From positions 992,001 to 1,056,000 of the forward strand of contig CAVUQH010000003.1 of assembly GCA_963743525.1 (NCBI GenBank): a DNA stretch of 64,000 bases. Direction: 5' to 3'. The translations under genes were made by a program, and so were the position numbers. The DNA is from an uncultured delta proteobacterium. GTDB lineage: Bacteria; Myxococcota_A; Polyangia; Haliangiales; Haliangiaceae. Shown piece by piece: positions 1 to 18,916 of the stretch. Under the pieces are notes generated by a model that made no database searches, had not been told where the DNA came from, and saw only the letters and a list, made by a program, of their open reading frames with translations. Every line of letters starts with the position of its first letter. Position 1 is the first letter of the stretch.

Positions 1-461
1 TCGGTCTCGAGCAGCTCGACCAGCAGCGTGCGGCTGTAGCCGCTGAGGTGGGGGATGGGAATGTCGGCCTGCCACAGGTAGGCGCGCAGGGTGTTGAAGT
101 GGCGGGCCTCGTCGAACACCTGACCCGACGCCGCCATCTTGGCGTTGTTGTCCTCGAGCTTGAGCGCCAGGTCGGCGCTGATCGACCAGGCCGCCAGCTC
201 GCCCCACAGCAGCACCGACGCGACGCGGCCGAACGCCTCGCGTTTGTCGTCGGGGAAGCGGATGCCACCGTGCTTGTCGGTCAGCGCGGCCAGCGTCTTG
301 GCGCCGTCCCAGGCCAGGTCGTGGCTCTTCTGGTAGATGCGCGCGACCGTGCGCGTGCGCTGCTCGAGCTCCGACACCACGTCGCGTTCGCCCAGCTCGT
401 ACGGGGGAAAGGCGTCACGTGCGCGCCGGGGGCGGGTCCACTGCTCGCTGATCTGGTTCAT
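1..461 (-). CDS. Ferritin-like (di-iron) domain protein, runs off the window edge
   Basis: ATG at 461 overlaps the TetR stop (ATGA). Hand translation gives MNQISEQW...LLWGELAAWSISADLA...QVFDEARHFNTLRAYL, with E...DExRH di-iron ligands. Not in the ORF track because it has no stop in the window. Confidence 0.75.
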   Translation of the reverse strand, partial: MNQISEQWTRPRRARDAFPPYELGERDVVSELEQRTRTVARIYQKSHDLAWDGAKTLAALTDKHGGIRFPDDKREAFGRVASVLLWGELAAWSISADLALKLEDNNAKMAASGQVFDEARHFNTLRAYLWQADIPIPHLSGYSRTLLVELLET

Positions 462-1102
462 GGCTCCTCCGTGGTCGATTCGCGCACGCGATCCGAGAGC
501 AACCCGGTCGAGTGCAGTCGCGCGGTCTCGCGCGCCATCGCTTTGAGATCGATCGGCTCTTCGCTGCGCAGCGCGGCAAGCGCCAGCTTCTCGACGCCGC
601 CGACCATCAACGTCGCAGTCAGCTTGGGATCGAGCTGGCGGACGATGCCGGCCTCCATCGCCGCGCGCAGGTCGCCCTCGACGATGGCGATCAGGCTGTC
701 GTCGATCTCGCCGAGCAAGTGCTCGATGTTGACGTCCAGGCCAACCGCCTCGCGCAGGGTGATGCGCAGCGTCTGCTCGTCCTCGAACACGGTCTCCAAC
801 AGCTGCTCGAGGCGCTCGGCCGACCAGTTGACGACCGCCGAGCGGACCAGCTTGGCCGGTCGCGGCATGCGCTGCGGGCGGCGCTCGAGCATGAGCGCCT
901 GTACGCGGTCGAGGGTCTCGCGCAGGATGGCGGTGAAGACCGCCTTCTTGTTGCGGAAGTACTGGTACAGGGTGCCGCGGCCGATGCCCGCCTCGGCGCA
1001 GATGTGGCTGATGTTGGCGGCGTGGTAGCCGCGCTCGGCAAACACCTTCTTGGCGCAGTCGAGAATGTGCCGCTGGCGCAGCGGTGCTTTCATGTAACTC
1101 AT
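458..1102 (-). CDS. TetR/AcrR family transcriptional regulator
   Basis: N-terminal HTH ILDCAKKVFAERGYHAANISHICAEAGIGRGTLYQYFRNK. Confidence 0.95.
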   Translation of the reverse strand: MSYMKAPLRQRHILDCAKKVFAERGYHAANISHICAEAGIGRGTLYQYFRNKKAVFTAILRETLDRVQALMLERRPQRMPRPAKLVRSAVVNWSAERLEQLLETVFEDEQTLRITLREAVGLDVNIEHLLGEIDDSLIAIVEGDLRAAMEAGIVRQLDPKLTATLMVGGVEKLALAALRSEEPIDLKAMARETARLHSTGLLSDRVRESTTEEP

Positions 1103-1112
1103 TGAAAATTAA

Positions 1113-1134
1113 AAGAACTGATATGTCAGTTCTT
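1113..1134. promoter_or_regulatory. Palindromic operator, probably TetR autoregulation
   Basis: Perfect 9-bp inverted repeat AAGAACTGA-tatg-TCAGTTCTT in an AT-rich patch 10 bp upstream of the TetR start. Confidence 0.7.
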
Positions 1135-1179
1135 GCTCAGGCTACGTGGTGTCATCGCCGCTGTCAACCTTCTTCGCCC

Positions 1180-1533
1180 CTACGCGGCGTGGGTGGCGAC
1201 GACGTCGGTCTGGATGCCGCCGCGCACCTGGAACGCGCCGGTCACGGTCATGCGCGTCGGGGCGATGGCGGCGACCAGGTCATCGAGGATCTGGTTGACC
1301 ACCGCCTCGTGGAACGCGCCTTCCTGGCGGTAGCTCCACAGGTACAGCTTGAGTGACTTGAGCTCCACACACTTGGCCGCCGGTACGTACTCGATGGTGA
1401 TCGTCGCGAAATCGGGCTGACCGGTCATCGGGCAAACACAGGTGAACTCGGGACAAACCATGCGGATGGTGAACTCGCGTCCCGGCCGCGGGTTGTCGAA
1501 GATTTCGAGGTTCTTGCTCGGCGTGGTGCTCAT
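1180..1533 (-). CDS. queF: NADPH-dependent 7-cyano-7-deazaguanine (preQ0) reductase, short type
   Basis: [16 protein letters not shown] and [13 protein letters not shown]...FHE signature motifs. Confidence 0.95.
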   Translation of the reverse strand: MSTTPSKNLEIFDNPRPGREFTIRMVCPEFTCVCPMTGQPDFATITIEYVPAAKCVELKSLKLYLWSYRQEGAFHEAVVNQILDDLVAAIAPTRMTVTGAFQVRGGIQTDVVATHAA

Positions 1534-1694
1534 GGGCGCGGCAGACGTATAGCACCGACTGCCGCGATCCGACTGGGGAAATCACCTTGTGCTGGCGTCC
1601 GGCTGCGCAGCGCCTTACAATCGATTTGCGACAATGTCGTCGGTTACGCCAAGGGCCACCCCAATGTCGGGGATGCAGCGGCGAGCTGGAACTC

Positions 1695-1945
1695 GGGTTC
1701 GCGCCCAACATTCCGGTTTCTGGCGCGAACCCACAGCGAAACGCTGGACCCCCCGGGAGCCGCTTCCGCTTCGTAAAAGGTGAGGCGTGATCGAGCGGAC
1801 CGCTACGAGGTCTGGTGCTGGCATGTTGCCAGGGGAGGTAAAGAAGAATATGGACGACTGTAGACCCACTGCCTCGGAGGCTGTTCTTCTCTAACCGCCT
1901 CTTTACGAGTGCAACCCGAAGTGGGGCCCCAACGGGCCCCATTTC
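1695..1945 (+). ncRNA. Candidate structured RNA element, family unknown, strand uncertain
   Basis: Multiple nested inverted repeats: 1695-1705/1722-1732, 1771-1787/1896-1908, 1818-1823/1827-1832, 1842-1850/1882-1890, 1918-1929/1934-1945. Confidence 0.45.
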
Positions 1946-1951
1946 ACATTT
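1918..1951. terminator. Intrinsic terminator-like hairpin
   Basis: 12-bp stem GAAGTGGGGCCC-caac-GGGCCCCATTTC next to the stop of 1950..5903(-). A short T-rich tail on the + strand means it may be bidirectional. Confidence 0.65.
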
Positions 1952-4900
1952 ATGGGACCAGATTGCGCAGGAAGGCGATGCCGTCGGCGTTGCTGTCGAC
2001 CAGTCCGCGACCGATGCGGGCGAACTGCTTGGTCAGCTGGCCGCGGCCGTCGGACAGCTCGGACAGCGCCGCCTTGGCCGCCTGGGCGCCGGCAGAGGTG
2101 CGCGAGAGCATGACGAACGCCGCGGTGGCCACCAGTCGGCGCATGGCGTTGCGCTCGGAGCCGCGCAGCATCTTGGCCAGCTGGTCGGGCGAGTTGGTCA
2201 CCGCGTAGGCAGCGGCCAGCGGCTCGAGCGCGGCGGCACGGACGTCGTGGGACGGATCGCGGAGCAGCGGCTCGAGCAGCTCGACGGCCTTCTTGGCGTC
2301 GCCGCGGGCGACCAGGCCCATGCACGCCGCCGCCACCCGCGCGCGCTCGCGCTCGGAGCGCGAGCCGAGCTGGTCAGCCAGCATCGTCGCGACCCGCTCG
2401 GCCTTGCCGATGCGGGCATAGGTGGTCAGCGCCACCGCGGCGATGCCGGGGTCCGGATCCTCGACCGCCAGCCCCAGCGCGCGGTCCATCTCGGCCTGGT
2501 CGAGCTGCTTGGCGTGGCTCGCCAGCTGCTCCAGCGCCGAACGGCGCACGGTCGGATCGTCGTCGGTGAGCGCGGCGTTGATCACCGCGGATACGCTCGC
2601 CCCGGTGGCGATGGCGGTGTTGACCGCCGACGTGCGCACCGCCGGTGACGGATCGGCGATGGCGATCGGCACCAGATCGGAGACGCCGATGGCGCGCGCT
2701 GCCTTGAGCAGCTCGAGCTTCTCGCCGGCGTCGGCACCGTCGAACGCCTTGACCAGCGCCGCCGCCGCCTTGTCGGGCGCAGCGCTGCCCATGCCGGCCA
2801 GCGCGCGCAGCGCGATGACGCGGACGTCTCGGCTCGAGTCGCCGACCATCTCGGTCAGCGCCTTGCCCACCGACGACGGCGGCTTGTCACTGGCCGCAAG
2901 CTTGGCCAGGACGCGCGCGGCTTCGGTGCGGACGTTGACGCTGGGATCCTCGGCCAGCTTGCTGGCGACGGCGGTCGCGGTCTTGTCGTGGTCCGGGTGG
3001 TCGCTGACGCAGTTGATGACGATGCGGCGAACCTCCACCGAGTCGTCGCTGGCCGCCCGCGCCAGCGCGACCTCGGCGCTGCGGTAGCCGGCGGCCAGGC
3101 CGTTGCACAGTCCGTCGGCGCCGATCGGATGCAGCGCCGGGTCGTCCTTGCTGCGCACCGCGCTGACCAGGTACGAATAGACCGAACGCGCGCCCGACTT
3201 GGTGCGCGCCATGCGTGCGTAGACCTCGGCGGCCACGCGCCGCGAGCGGCCCTTGCGCTTCCACAGCTGGGAGATGCCGTAGACCGCGTTGCCGGTCGAC
3301 CCGCCCTGCTCGGAGCTGTTGGCCAGGCCGTAAGCCGCGCCGGTGGCGACCGTGAGCCCTTCCTTCTTGACCATCTTGTTGAGGGTGTCTTGCGACACCC
3401 GCCCGGTGTTGCCGTAGGCGCGGGCAGCGGCGGCGCGGATGGTCGACGAGTTGTCCTTGATCAGCGTCTCCAGCGCGCCCTGCGCCGCCTTGTCCTTGGT
3501 CTTGGCGATCTCGCCCCAGGCCAGGGTCATCGCCTCGCGCATGGTCGTGCTCAGCTTCTTGTCGTCGAGCATGAGCGCCAGGTCACCAGCGGCCTGCTTG
3601 GGCGCCATCTTGGCGAACAGCGGCAGCGCCGCCGCGCGCACCTCTTCGTCCTTGGCTCGGCGCGCCGCCTTCACGTAGATCAGCGCGTCGGCATAGGCCG
3701 AGTCGGGCGCCAGATCGCTCATCAGATTCAGCGCCAGCACCCGGTCCTCGACCGGGGCTTTGGGGTCGCCGGCCAGCTCGGCAGCGGCCAGGGTGGCGCC
3801 GTTGGGATCGCTGGCAAACGCGCGGCGCAACAGCTCGCGCGCCTTCTCTCGCGTCGACGCGCCGACGTCGCGGTTGACCAGCACCGACTTGGCGGTGTCG
3901 GCAGACGGCGTCGCCGACGCTGCCCCGGCGGTGACCTCGGCCAGGAGCTCGCGCCGCGGCGCCGCCTCCGGCTCGAGCTCCAGCGCGCGCTCGAACAGCT
4001 TGCGCGCGGTCGCCTGCGACAGCGACTGCACGGCGGAGAAGGCCAGTCGCCGCTGCTCGTCGTCGGGCGACGCCAGCTGGGTGGCCAGGGTGTCGTGGTA
4101 GCTGTCGACGCCGCGGCGGGTGGCATCCTCGGCCACGCCGAGGGCGGCATTGCGCACCGCCGGCGAGTTGTTGCCGAGCAGCTTTTCGATGTAGGCGACT
4201 TCCTTCTCGCCGCCGCGGGCGATCGGTTTCAGCTTCTCCAGCACGTTGACGATCTCGACCGGCGTCTTGGCCGACGATTCCAGCTGGTTGAGCGCTGCCG
4301 GCTTGCCGGTGGCGGCGTATTCGATCAGCTGCCGCAGCGACGGGTCGAGGATGGCCAGCACCCGATCGACGTAGCCGCTGTCCTGGCTGCCGCCGAGGTC
4401 GCCCGAGCGGGCCTTCTTCCACCCGTCTTCGCTCAGCATCGGCCGGGTGAAGCCGGTATCGGCGATGATCGATCCGTACGACGGGCTGCCCGGCAGCCAG
4501 AAGAAGCCGGACAGCGACGGCTTGCCCGCGCGCACGACCACGTGCTCGGCGCTGCCGCCGCCGGGGCGCGCGGTGGCGACGTAGTAGCTGCCGGCCAGCG
4601 AGATCCAGCAGAGGATGATGATGATCAGCGGCACCGCCGCGCAGGCCGCGGCGATGATGGTGAAGAAGCGCTTGGTCCGGTGGATGACCGCCTGCTCCAT
4701 CGGCGTCAACGGCGTGATCTTGTCGCGGCGCAGATCTCGCCACTCGCGCAGCGACAGCCGGCGGCCCTCGGCCGCCTTGGAGCCGAGCAGCTCGAACGCC
4801 CGCCGGGCGCTGACCCGCGCCGGCGCTGCCACTTCGCGCACGCGCGGCGCCAGGATCTCGTGGGCCAGCTCGTAACACGGCTCGGCCTGCCCGGGCACTT

Positions 4901-5903
4901 GCACCTGGTGGACGACGCCGAACTGGGCGAGCGAGGCCATGGTCGGCCCGGCCACCGCCGGATCGATGCCGGCGCGGGCTGCGGCCCACTCCGGTGGATA
5001 GGCGCCGCCGCGCGGCACCGCCAGCTCGGCGAGCAGTCGCAGCGCGACCTTTTCGTTGCCGGTGCTGCTGGCCACGCCCTCGAGCCACAGCCGCTCCAGC
5101 TGACCGGCGCCGCCGATGCGGCCCACCTGCTCGACCTTGGTCAGGCCCAGCTCGCGGATGGCCAGCGCGGCGATCTGTAGATCCGCGGCCAGGATGGCGC
5201 CGTCGCGGGCCAGCGCGTCGACCACCGAGCCGGCCAGCTGCTGATCGGCAGGGACGCCGGCCAGCGCCAGCGTGCGGTCGAGGACCATCGACGCATCGGC
5301 GGGTTGGAAGCGCTCGAGCTGGTAGCGGCTCGACGGCGGGAACAGCGAGCCGGTGCGCTTCTCCAGCAAGCCGAACAGGTGCACATGGCTGGAGGCGCAG
5401 GAGAACAGGAAGCGCGCCCGTCCGCCCGAACGGGTGACGACGCGGGCGAACAGGTCGCCGAGGTCGGCGATGATCCGCTCGTCGCCGGTGGCCAGCGCGC
5501 GATCGACCTCGTCGAGGATGAACAGGTACAGCTGGCCCTCGAGCGCCTGCGACACCACGCGCGCCAGGTACATCATCGGCTGCTCGCCGTCGTTGGGCGC
5601 CATGCCGCTGGCCTGCTGCACGGCCCGGGCGAACGACTCGGCCGGGTGGTAGATGTCGTCGCAGAACAGGGCGACGACGCCGTGGTCGCGCAAGTGGGGG
5701 GCCAGTCCGGCGCGCAGGAGCGAGGTCTTGCCCACCCCCGACTCGCCGTACAGCAGCCCGGCGCGGAATCCGTCGTTGGTGACCATGCGCGCCAGCTCGT
5801 CGCGTTCGCGGTCGCGGCCGAACAGGACGTCTCGCTCGGACTCGGCGAACGGGCTCAGGCCGCGGAGAGGCGTCACGGTCCCGGGGTAGGTCGCGGCCGT
5901 CAC
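1950..5903 (-). CDS. STAND-like (nSTAND1-type) P-loop NTPase + single TM + HEAT-repeat protein
   Basis: [15 protein letters not shown] start, Walker [10 protein letters not shown], Walker [17 protein letters not shown] motif, [27 protein letters not shown], many D.S..VR..A HEAT-like repeats. Confidence 0.85.
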   Translation of the reverse strand: MTAATYPGTVTPLRGLSPFAESERDVLFGRDRERDELARMVTNDGFRAGLLYGESGVGKTSLLRAGLAPHLRDHGVVALFCDDIYHPAESFARAVQQASGMAPNDGEQPMMYLARVVSQALEGQLYLFILDEVDRALATGDERIIADLGDLFARVVTRSGGRARFLFSCASSHVHLFGLLEKRTGSLFPPSSRYQLERFQPADASMVLDRTLALAGVPADQQLAGSVVDALARDGAILAADLQIAALAIRELGLTKVEQVGRIGGAGQLERLWLEGVASSTGNEKVALRLLAELAVPRGGAYPPEWAAARAGIDPAVAGPTMASLAQFGVVHQVQVPGQAEPCYELAHEILAPRVREVAAPARVSARRAFELLGSKAAEGRRLSLREWRDLRRDKITPLTPMEQAVIHRTKRFFTIIAAACAAVPLIIIILCWISLAGSYYVATARPGGGSAEHVVVRAGKPSLSGFFWLPGSPSYGSIIADTGFTRPMLSEDGWKKARSGDLGGSQDSGYVDRVLAILDPSLRQLIEYAATGKPAALNQLESSAKTPVEIVNVLEKLKPIARGGEKEVAYIEKLLGNNSPAVRNAALGVAEDATRRGVDSYHDTLATQLASPDDEQRRLAFSAVQSLSQATARKLFERALELEPEAAPRRELLAEVTAGAASATPSADTAKSVLVNRDVGASTREKARELLRRAFASDPNGATLAAAELAGDPKAPVEDRVLALNLMSDLAPDSAYADALIYVKAARRAKDEEVRAAALPLFAKMAPKQAAGDLALMLDDKKLSTTMREAMTLAWGEIAKTKDKAAQGALETLIKDNSSTIRAAAARAYGNTGRVSQDTLNKMVKKEGLTVATGAAYGLANSSEQGGSTGNAVYGISQLWKRKGRSRRVAAEVYARMARTKSGARSVYSYLVSAVRSKDDPALHPIGADGLCNGLAAGYRSAEVALARAASDDSVEVRRIVINCVSDHPDHDKTATAVASKLAEDPSVNVRTEAARVLAKLAASDKPPSSVGKALTEMVGDSSRDVRVIALRALAGMGSAAPDKAAAALVKAFDGADAGEKLELLKAARAIGVSDLVPIAIADPSPAVRTSAVNTAIATGASVSAVINAALTDDDPTVRRSALEQLASHAKQLDQAEMDRALGLAVEDPDPGIAAVALTTYARIGKAERVATMLADQLGSRSERERARVAAACMGLVARGDAKKAVELLEPLLRDPSHDVRAAALEPLAAAYAVTNSPDQLAKMLRGSERNAMRRLVATAAFVMLSRTSAGAQAAKAALSELSDGRGQLTKQFARIGRGLVDSNADGIAFLRNLVP

Positions 5904-5952
5904 GGGTGCGACTATATCGTAGGTCGGCGCTCGTGGTAGCGTTCCTGCCCCC

Positions 5953-6689
<737 letters not shown>

Positions 6690-6693
<4 letters not shown>

Positions 6694-7869
6694 TGGACGC
6701 CCGCGCGCTGGCGCGCTGGGGCGCCCTGGACGAGCGGCGGCGCCGCGGCGCGCGCGGCCTGCTGGCGCGCATCCCGGCGATCGCCTGGTCGCTGGCCGGC
6801 GGTGTCGCCCTGGCCGGGTGGCTGGCCGCCGACGCCGGTGCCGGCCCGCGGGTCGTGCGCCTGTGGCTGGCGGCCGTCGTCGCGCTCGGCGCGCTGGTGG
6901 TGTTCGGCACGCCGTTCCGCATGTACTGGCGGCGCGACTCCGCGCTGCTGGCGCGGCTGCCGATTCCCGGCAGCGCGCTGTTTCGCGTGGCGCTGGCCCG
7001 CGGTCTGTGGGCGGCGACCAGCGCGCTGGCCGGACCGGCGGTGCTGGCCGGTGCCCTGTGCTGGCTGGCCACGCCGTCGATTGGTCTCCGCCACCTGGCG
7101 CTGGTCGGCGTCGCCTGGGTGGTGTCGGCGCTGCTCGCGCCCGCGGCGGCGCTGGCCGGCGGCGCGCTGGTGGCGTCGGACAAGCTCGATCAGATGATGG
7201 AGCAGATGGGCGGCGAGTTTCGCGCCCCGCGCACCGGTTGGCTCGGCATCCTGCCCGGACTGGCCGCCGCCGGCGGCGCGCTGGTGGTGATCGGCGGCGC
7301 CAGCTGGGCGCTGGGTGCGCCGCGTACCGCGCTGGGCAATCCGCTGGCGCTGCTCGGGCCGCCGCTGGCGCTGGGCGTGATCGGCGTGGTCTGGGCCATC
7401 GCCGCTGCCGACCGGGTGATGCTGGCGGCGGTGCGCGAGGTGTCGGCGTTGGATCGCGAGCGGCTGGCGCACATCGATCTGTCGAAGGCATCGCCGCTCG
7501 AGCGCGCTGCCTCGCACTTGATCGGTGCCCGCGCGCGCATCGTCTACGACAAGGACATGCGCCTGTCCCGCCGCCGCTACCCGATGCCGTACGTCGTCAG
7601 CGTGACCGGTGTCCTGGCCGCGTGGATCGTCGCCGCCGTTCGCCCCGAGGCGATGGTCGCGTGGACCGCCAGCATCCTGGCCTGCCTGGTCGCCTACGGC
7701 GCGATCATGGCCCGCCGCCGGCGGCAGCCACCGATCGAGCAGCCGCGCTTGTTGGCGACGCTGCCGTTCGGCACCGGTGACGTCGCCGCAGCCAAGCGCA
7801 TGGCGCTGACGTTGTGGCTGGTGGTCTTCGGCGGCCTGGCGGCGATTCCGCCGCTGCTCGTGCTGCTGC

Positions 7870-7877
<8 letters not shown>
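6690..7877 (+). CDS. Multi-pass membrane protein, putative ABC exporter permease
   Basis: Many hydrophobic segments, translationally coupled to the ATPase (GTGA overlap). Confidence 0.75.
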
Positions 7878-8838
<961 letters not shown>

Positions 8839-9028
8839 GAAGTCCAACGATCTTATCCGGCGGCGAGAGGAACGGTCAAACAATCATGTGGCTCACACGT
8901 CGAAGTCGGTCGCGTATTGCAGGGGCAACTACGGCCACGTGGGCGCTGCCCGTCTGTGTACGTGAAGGTGCTGCGAAGTAGTGCGTTTGTGGCGAAGTCA
9001 GTCTCCGAGCTGATACGATAGGCCACTG

Positions 9029-15424
<6,396 letters not shown>

Positions 15425-15605
15425 CCCTCGGGCGGTTTGGTGGAAAAGAGGACGAGGTAGGGGATTGTGTGCGAGGATCAACGGGCAGAACGTTGTTGGC
15501 CGCCGGGGTAGCTCGCGCGCGACCTTTTGGATTAGGATTGGCGATACACGGCATTCTGGGGTACTGTTGTAGGCCGCGCTACACGAATTACATGCCGGAG
15601 AACAG

Positions 15606-16487
15606 ATGAGTCAGAAGTTCACTGCCGCGGTGCACCACCGGGACGACGTCACATTCGTGAAGTTGTCCGGGGTCATCGACGAGGACAACGAGCTGGCGGA
15701 TCTCATCGACAAGATCCCGTCGGGCACGGCTGTCATCGACCTCGGCGAGGTGGAGCGCATCAATTCGTGCGGCGTCCGCGACTGGGTCAACTGGCTGAGC
15801 AAAGTCGAAGGCCAGAAGACCGACGTCGTGCTCGTCGAGTGCTCACCCGCGATCGTCGCGCAGATCAACCTGGTCAACAACTTCACGGGCACGGGCGTAG
15901 TCAAGAGCTTCTACGTTCCGTACTTCTGCCCCGAGTGTGACGAGGAAAAGGTGCTCCTGTGCGAGGCCGGCGACATGGGACCGCCGCCGCACGAGCCGCC
16001 CACCTGTCGCTGCGACGAGTGCGATCTGGTCATGGACTTCGACGACATGCCGGACTCGTACTTTGCCTTCCTGGCCAACCAGAAGAAGGTCGCGCAGCCC
16101 GACAAGGTCAACGCCGTGCTGACCGAGTTCAACCCGTCTGACGGGGAGAAGTCGAAGATCCGCTCGCGCGTCGGCACCAGCAGCCTGTCCGGCAGCTCGA
16201 TGTCGTCGCTGCCGAGCGTGCCGTCGCTGCCGTCGATCTCGCGCACTGGCCTCACCGGGCCAGGTTCGTCGCGGCCGGGGCAGACCGGCGGATTCGGGAC
16301 CAACCCCGGCAGCCGACCGGGCAGCTCCGCTGGATCCAACCCGGGGTCGAACCCGGGGATCAGCATGGTCGGCGATCGCGCCGCGGCGGTGAGCCAGCCC
16401 AAGAGCGGCGCCGTGGTCTACGTGCTCGTCGGCGTGCTGCTCATCGCCATCGGCGTGCTGGCCTTCCTTCTGTTCGCGGGCAAGTGA
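15606..16487 (+). CDS. STAS-like domain + Zn ribbon + low-complexity linker + C-terminal TM anchor
   Basis: LSGVIDE...[18 protein letters not shown] (STAS-like), CPEC...CDEC, Ser/Gly/Pro linker, terminal hydrophobic helix. Confidence 0.8.
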   Translation: MSQKFTAAVHHRDDVTFVKLSGVIDEDNELADLIDKIPSGTAVIDLGEVERINSCGVRDWVNWLSKVEGQKTDVVLVECSPAIVAQINLVNNFTGTGVVKSFYVPYFCPECDEEKVLLCEAGDMGPPPHEPPTCRCDECDLVMDFDDMPDSYFAFLANQKKVAQPDKVNAVLTEFNPSDGEKSKIRSRVGTSSLSGSSMSSLPSVPSLPSISRTGLTGPGSSRPGQTGGFGTNPGSRPGSSAGSNPGSNPGISMVGDRAAAVSQPKSGAVVYVLVGVLLIAIGVLAFLLFAGK

Positions 16488-16505
16488 GCGGGCCCGCCTG
16501 ACACC

Positions 16506-17084
16506 ATGGCGGCACAAAGGCAACAGCTCGAAGTCAACCCGGAGCTCCAGGGCTTCCTGGACCAGTTCAAGCGCATCTCGGCGGCGATCGTAGACAGCTA
16601 CTTCATCGTCGACACCGAGCGGCGCATCGTCGACTTCAACCGGGCTTTCTACGCCATGCTGCCCCGCCAGGTGGCCCGTGGCCTCAAGGGCAAGCGCTGC
16701 TACGAGGTCATCGAGCTCAACATCTGCCAGAACGAGTGCATCGCTCAGGCCTGCTGGGCCGATAACCGCCACGTCCGCCTCGACGAGATCAGCGGCACGG
16801 TCATCGGCGACACCGACGCACAGCAGCTGCGCTTCATCCTGTCAGCGGTTCCGATCACCGACGGGGCGGGCAGCCACGTCGGCGCCCTCGAGATCCAGCG
16901 CAACGTCACCGACGAAGCGGTGGTCCAGGTGAAGTACCAGGAGATGCTCGAGACCGAGGCGAGGGAGCGCGAGCGCCTGGCGGTGCAGATCCGCACCCGC
17001 ACCAAAGAGCTGCTCGAGACCAATCAGCTCCTGCTCAAGACGCAGAAGGAGCTGCTCGCGTACAAGAAGGGTCTGGTGGCGTAG
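16506..17084 (+). CDS. Stand-alone Cys-rich PAS domain + coiled coil
   Basis: [17 protein letters not shown]...[13 protein letters not shown] pattern, C-x8-C-x3-C-x4-C, C-terminal heptad helix. Confidence 0.8.
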   Translation: MAAQRQQLEVNPELQGFLDQFKRISAAIVDSYFIVDTERRIVDFNRAFYAMLPRQVARGLKGKRCYEVIELNICQNECIAQACWADNRHVRLDEISGTVIGDTDAQQLRFILSAVPITDGAGSHVGALEIQRNVTDEAVVQVKYQEMLETEARERERLAVQIRTRTKELLETNQLLLKTQKELLAYKKGLVA

Positions 17085-17189
17085 TCCACTGTCCCACACG
17101 CGCTTCCACCGTCATCTTCGTTCCCTGTTCGGGCGTCCTGGCCCGACGTTGACCGCCCTCGCCGCGAGGGCGTAACATATCGACAACCC

Positions 17190-18896
17190 ATGGCAAAACG
17201 CGCAGGGCCGAGCATCTCCGTCAAGATGATCCTGACCTCGACCCTCCTGATCTTGCTGATCGTGGGTGGCTTCGGGGTGCTCAACTGGGTCAAGACCGGG
17301 GAGCTATACGACAAGGCCGCTCACAAGCAGATCGTGGAGTTCGAGCGAGGGCTGGAAGCACAAGGTAAGTCCAGCGTTCAGCTGTTCTCCAACGTCGTGC
17401 TCTTGCCGCTCCTGAACAACCAGGATCGGCGGGAAGTTCCGCAGTTGGTGTTGCAGGCTGTCCGGCAGGACCCCGACCTGAAGGTCGTCTACGTGCTGAC
17501 CAACAACCGCAAGGTGGTCGACTACTGCAAGGTCAACCGGTCGCCGGAGGCGACCAAGCTCTGCGACGAATCCAAGTACGACTTCCCCGACCCGGACTCG
17601 GGCGCCGAGCTGCCGGACGTCAAGGACGTCACCTGGGACAAAGCCCTGGACGTGTGGAAGGCACGCGTCGCCGGCAAGGGTGGCAAGGATGCCACGTCGG
17701 CGCTGGTCACCTTCGACGACCCGGAGCAGCGGCTGCGCTACTTCGCCTATCCGGTCTACGCCGGTGAGGTGCTGACGCCCAAGATCGCGGTCAACGACGA
17801 TCCCAACCTGCACGGCTACGTGGTCCTCGGCTACTCGTTGCAGCCGATCTACGACTACGAGCAGTCGAGCAAGGACCAGAAGAACAAGGCGACCAAGAAG
17901 CTGGCGCTCAACACCGGCGCGTTCGGCGCCCTGTTCGTGCTCATCGGCGCGGTGTTGTCCATCTTCCAGGGGCTGCAGATCTCCAAACCGATCAAGCTGC
18001 TGGCGTGGAAGGCCGACCAGATCGCCCGCGGTGATCTCGAAGCGCGTGTGGAGGTGACGTCAACCGACGAGATAGGTCTGCTCGGCGAGAACTTCAACTT
18101 CATGGCCGATCAGATCGTCGTGCTCCTGCACCAGACCGCCGAGAAGGCGCACATGGAGAAGGAGCTCGAGGTTGCGCGCACCATCCAGGACACCCTGGTG
18201 CCGCCCAACGATCCGGTCGACTACGGCTTCCTCAAGTTCGCCGGTTACTTCCAGCCCGCCACCCAGTGCGGCGGCGACTGGTGGACCTACCACGAGCTGA
18301 AGGACGGCAAGCTGCTGATCGTCATCGGCGACGTCACCGGCCACGGCGTGCCGTCGGCGATGATCACGGCCACGGCCAAAGCCGCGTGCGACGTGGCGCG
18401 TACCGTCAACGACGACGACGTCTCGGTCACCACGGTGCTCGAGATCATGAACGACGCCATCTTCCAGAGCGCGAAGCGCAAGTTCGTCATGACCTGCTTC
18501 GCGTCGATCGTCGATCCGCGCACGCGGACCATCACCTACGCCAACGCGGGCCACAACTTCCCCTACCTGTACCGGCAGACCGGCAAGCGGGGCGAGTTCG
18601 GCTCGCTGATGATTCGCGGCAATCGCCTGGGCGACCTCAAGGAGTCCAAGTACGAGGCCAAGACCACCGAGCTCCTGCCCGGCGATCTGCTGATCTGGTA
18701 CACGGACGGCATCGTCGAGTGCGAGAACGCCGCCGGCGAGGAGTACGGCGAGAAGCGTTTCCGCGCCTCGATTCGCCGCGGCGCCGCGCTCGACCCCGGT
18801 GAGCTGCGCGACAACGCAGTCACCGAGGCGATGAACTTCTATGGCGAAATGCCACGCAAAGACGACATCACCCTGGTGATCGGCCGTATTGCATGA
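17190..18896 (+). CDS. Membrane sensor HAMP + PP2C (SpoIIE/RsbU-like) Ser phosphatase
   Basis: Two TM helices flanking a periplasmic domain, HAMP (DEIGLLGENFNFMA), intact GGDWW, IGDVTGHG, YTDGIVE and DDITLV motifs. Confidence 0.93.
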   Translation: MAKRAGPSISVKMILTSTLLILLIVGGFGVLNWVKTGELYDKAAHKQIVEFERGLEAQGKSSVQLFSNVVLLPLLNNQDRREVPQLVLQAVRQDPDLKVVYVLTNNRKVVDYCKVNRSPEATKLCDESKYDFPDPDSGAELPDVKDVTWDKALDVWKARVAGKGGKDATSALVTFDDPEQRLRYFAYPVYAGEVLTPKIAVNDDPNLHGYVVLGYSLQPIYDYEQSSKDQKNKATKKLALNTGAFGALFVLIGAVLSIFQGLQISKPIKLLAWKADQIARGDLEARVEVTSTDEIGLLGENFNFMADQIVVLLHQTAEKAHMEKELEVARTIQDTLVPPNDPVDYGFLKFAGYFQPATQCGGDWWTYHELKDGKLLIVIGDVTGHGVPSAMITATAKAACDVARTVNDDDVSVTTVLEIMNDAIFQSAKRKFVMTCFASIVDPRTRTITYANAGHNFPYLYRQTGKRGEFGSLMIRGNRLGDLKESKYEAKTTELLPGDLLIWYTDGIVECENAAGEEYGEKRFRASIRRGAALDPGELRDNAVTEAMNFYGEMPRKDDITLVIGRIA

Positions 18897-18916
18897 GGTC
18901 ACCTGAGGGAGGGGAG

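Noticed and set aside
1534..1700. preQ1 riboswitch upstream of queF
   Set aside because: No preQ1 stem-loop with an A-rich tail is visible on the minus strand
1695..1945. Retron msr-msd, tmRNA, RNase P or SRP RNA identity for the structured element
   Set aside because: There is no adjacent reverse transcriptase, and none of the hallmark sequences of those RNAs were found
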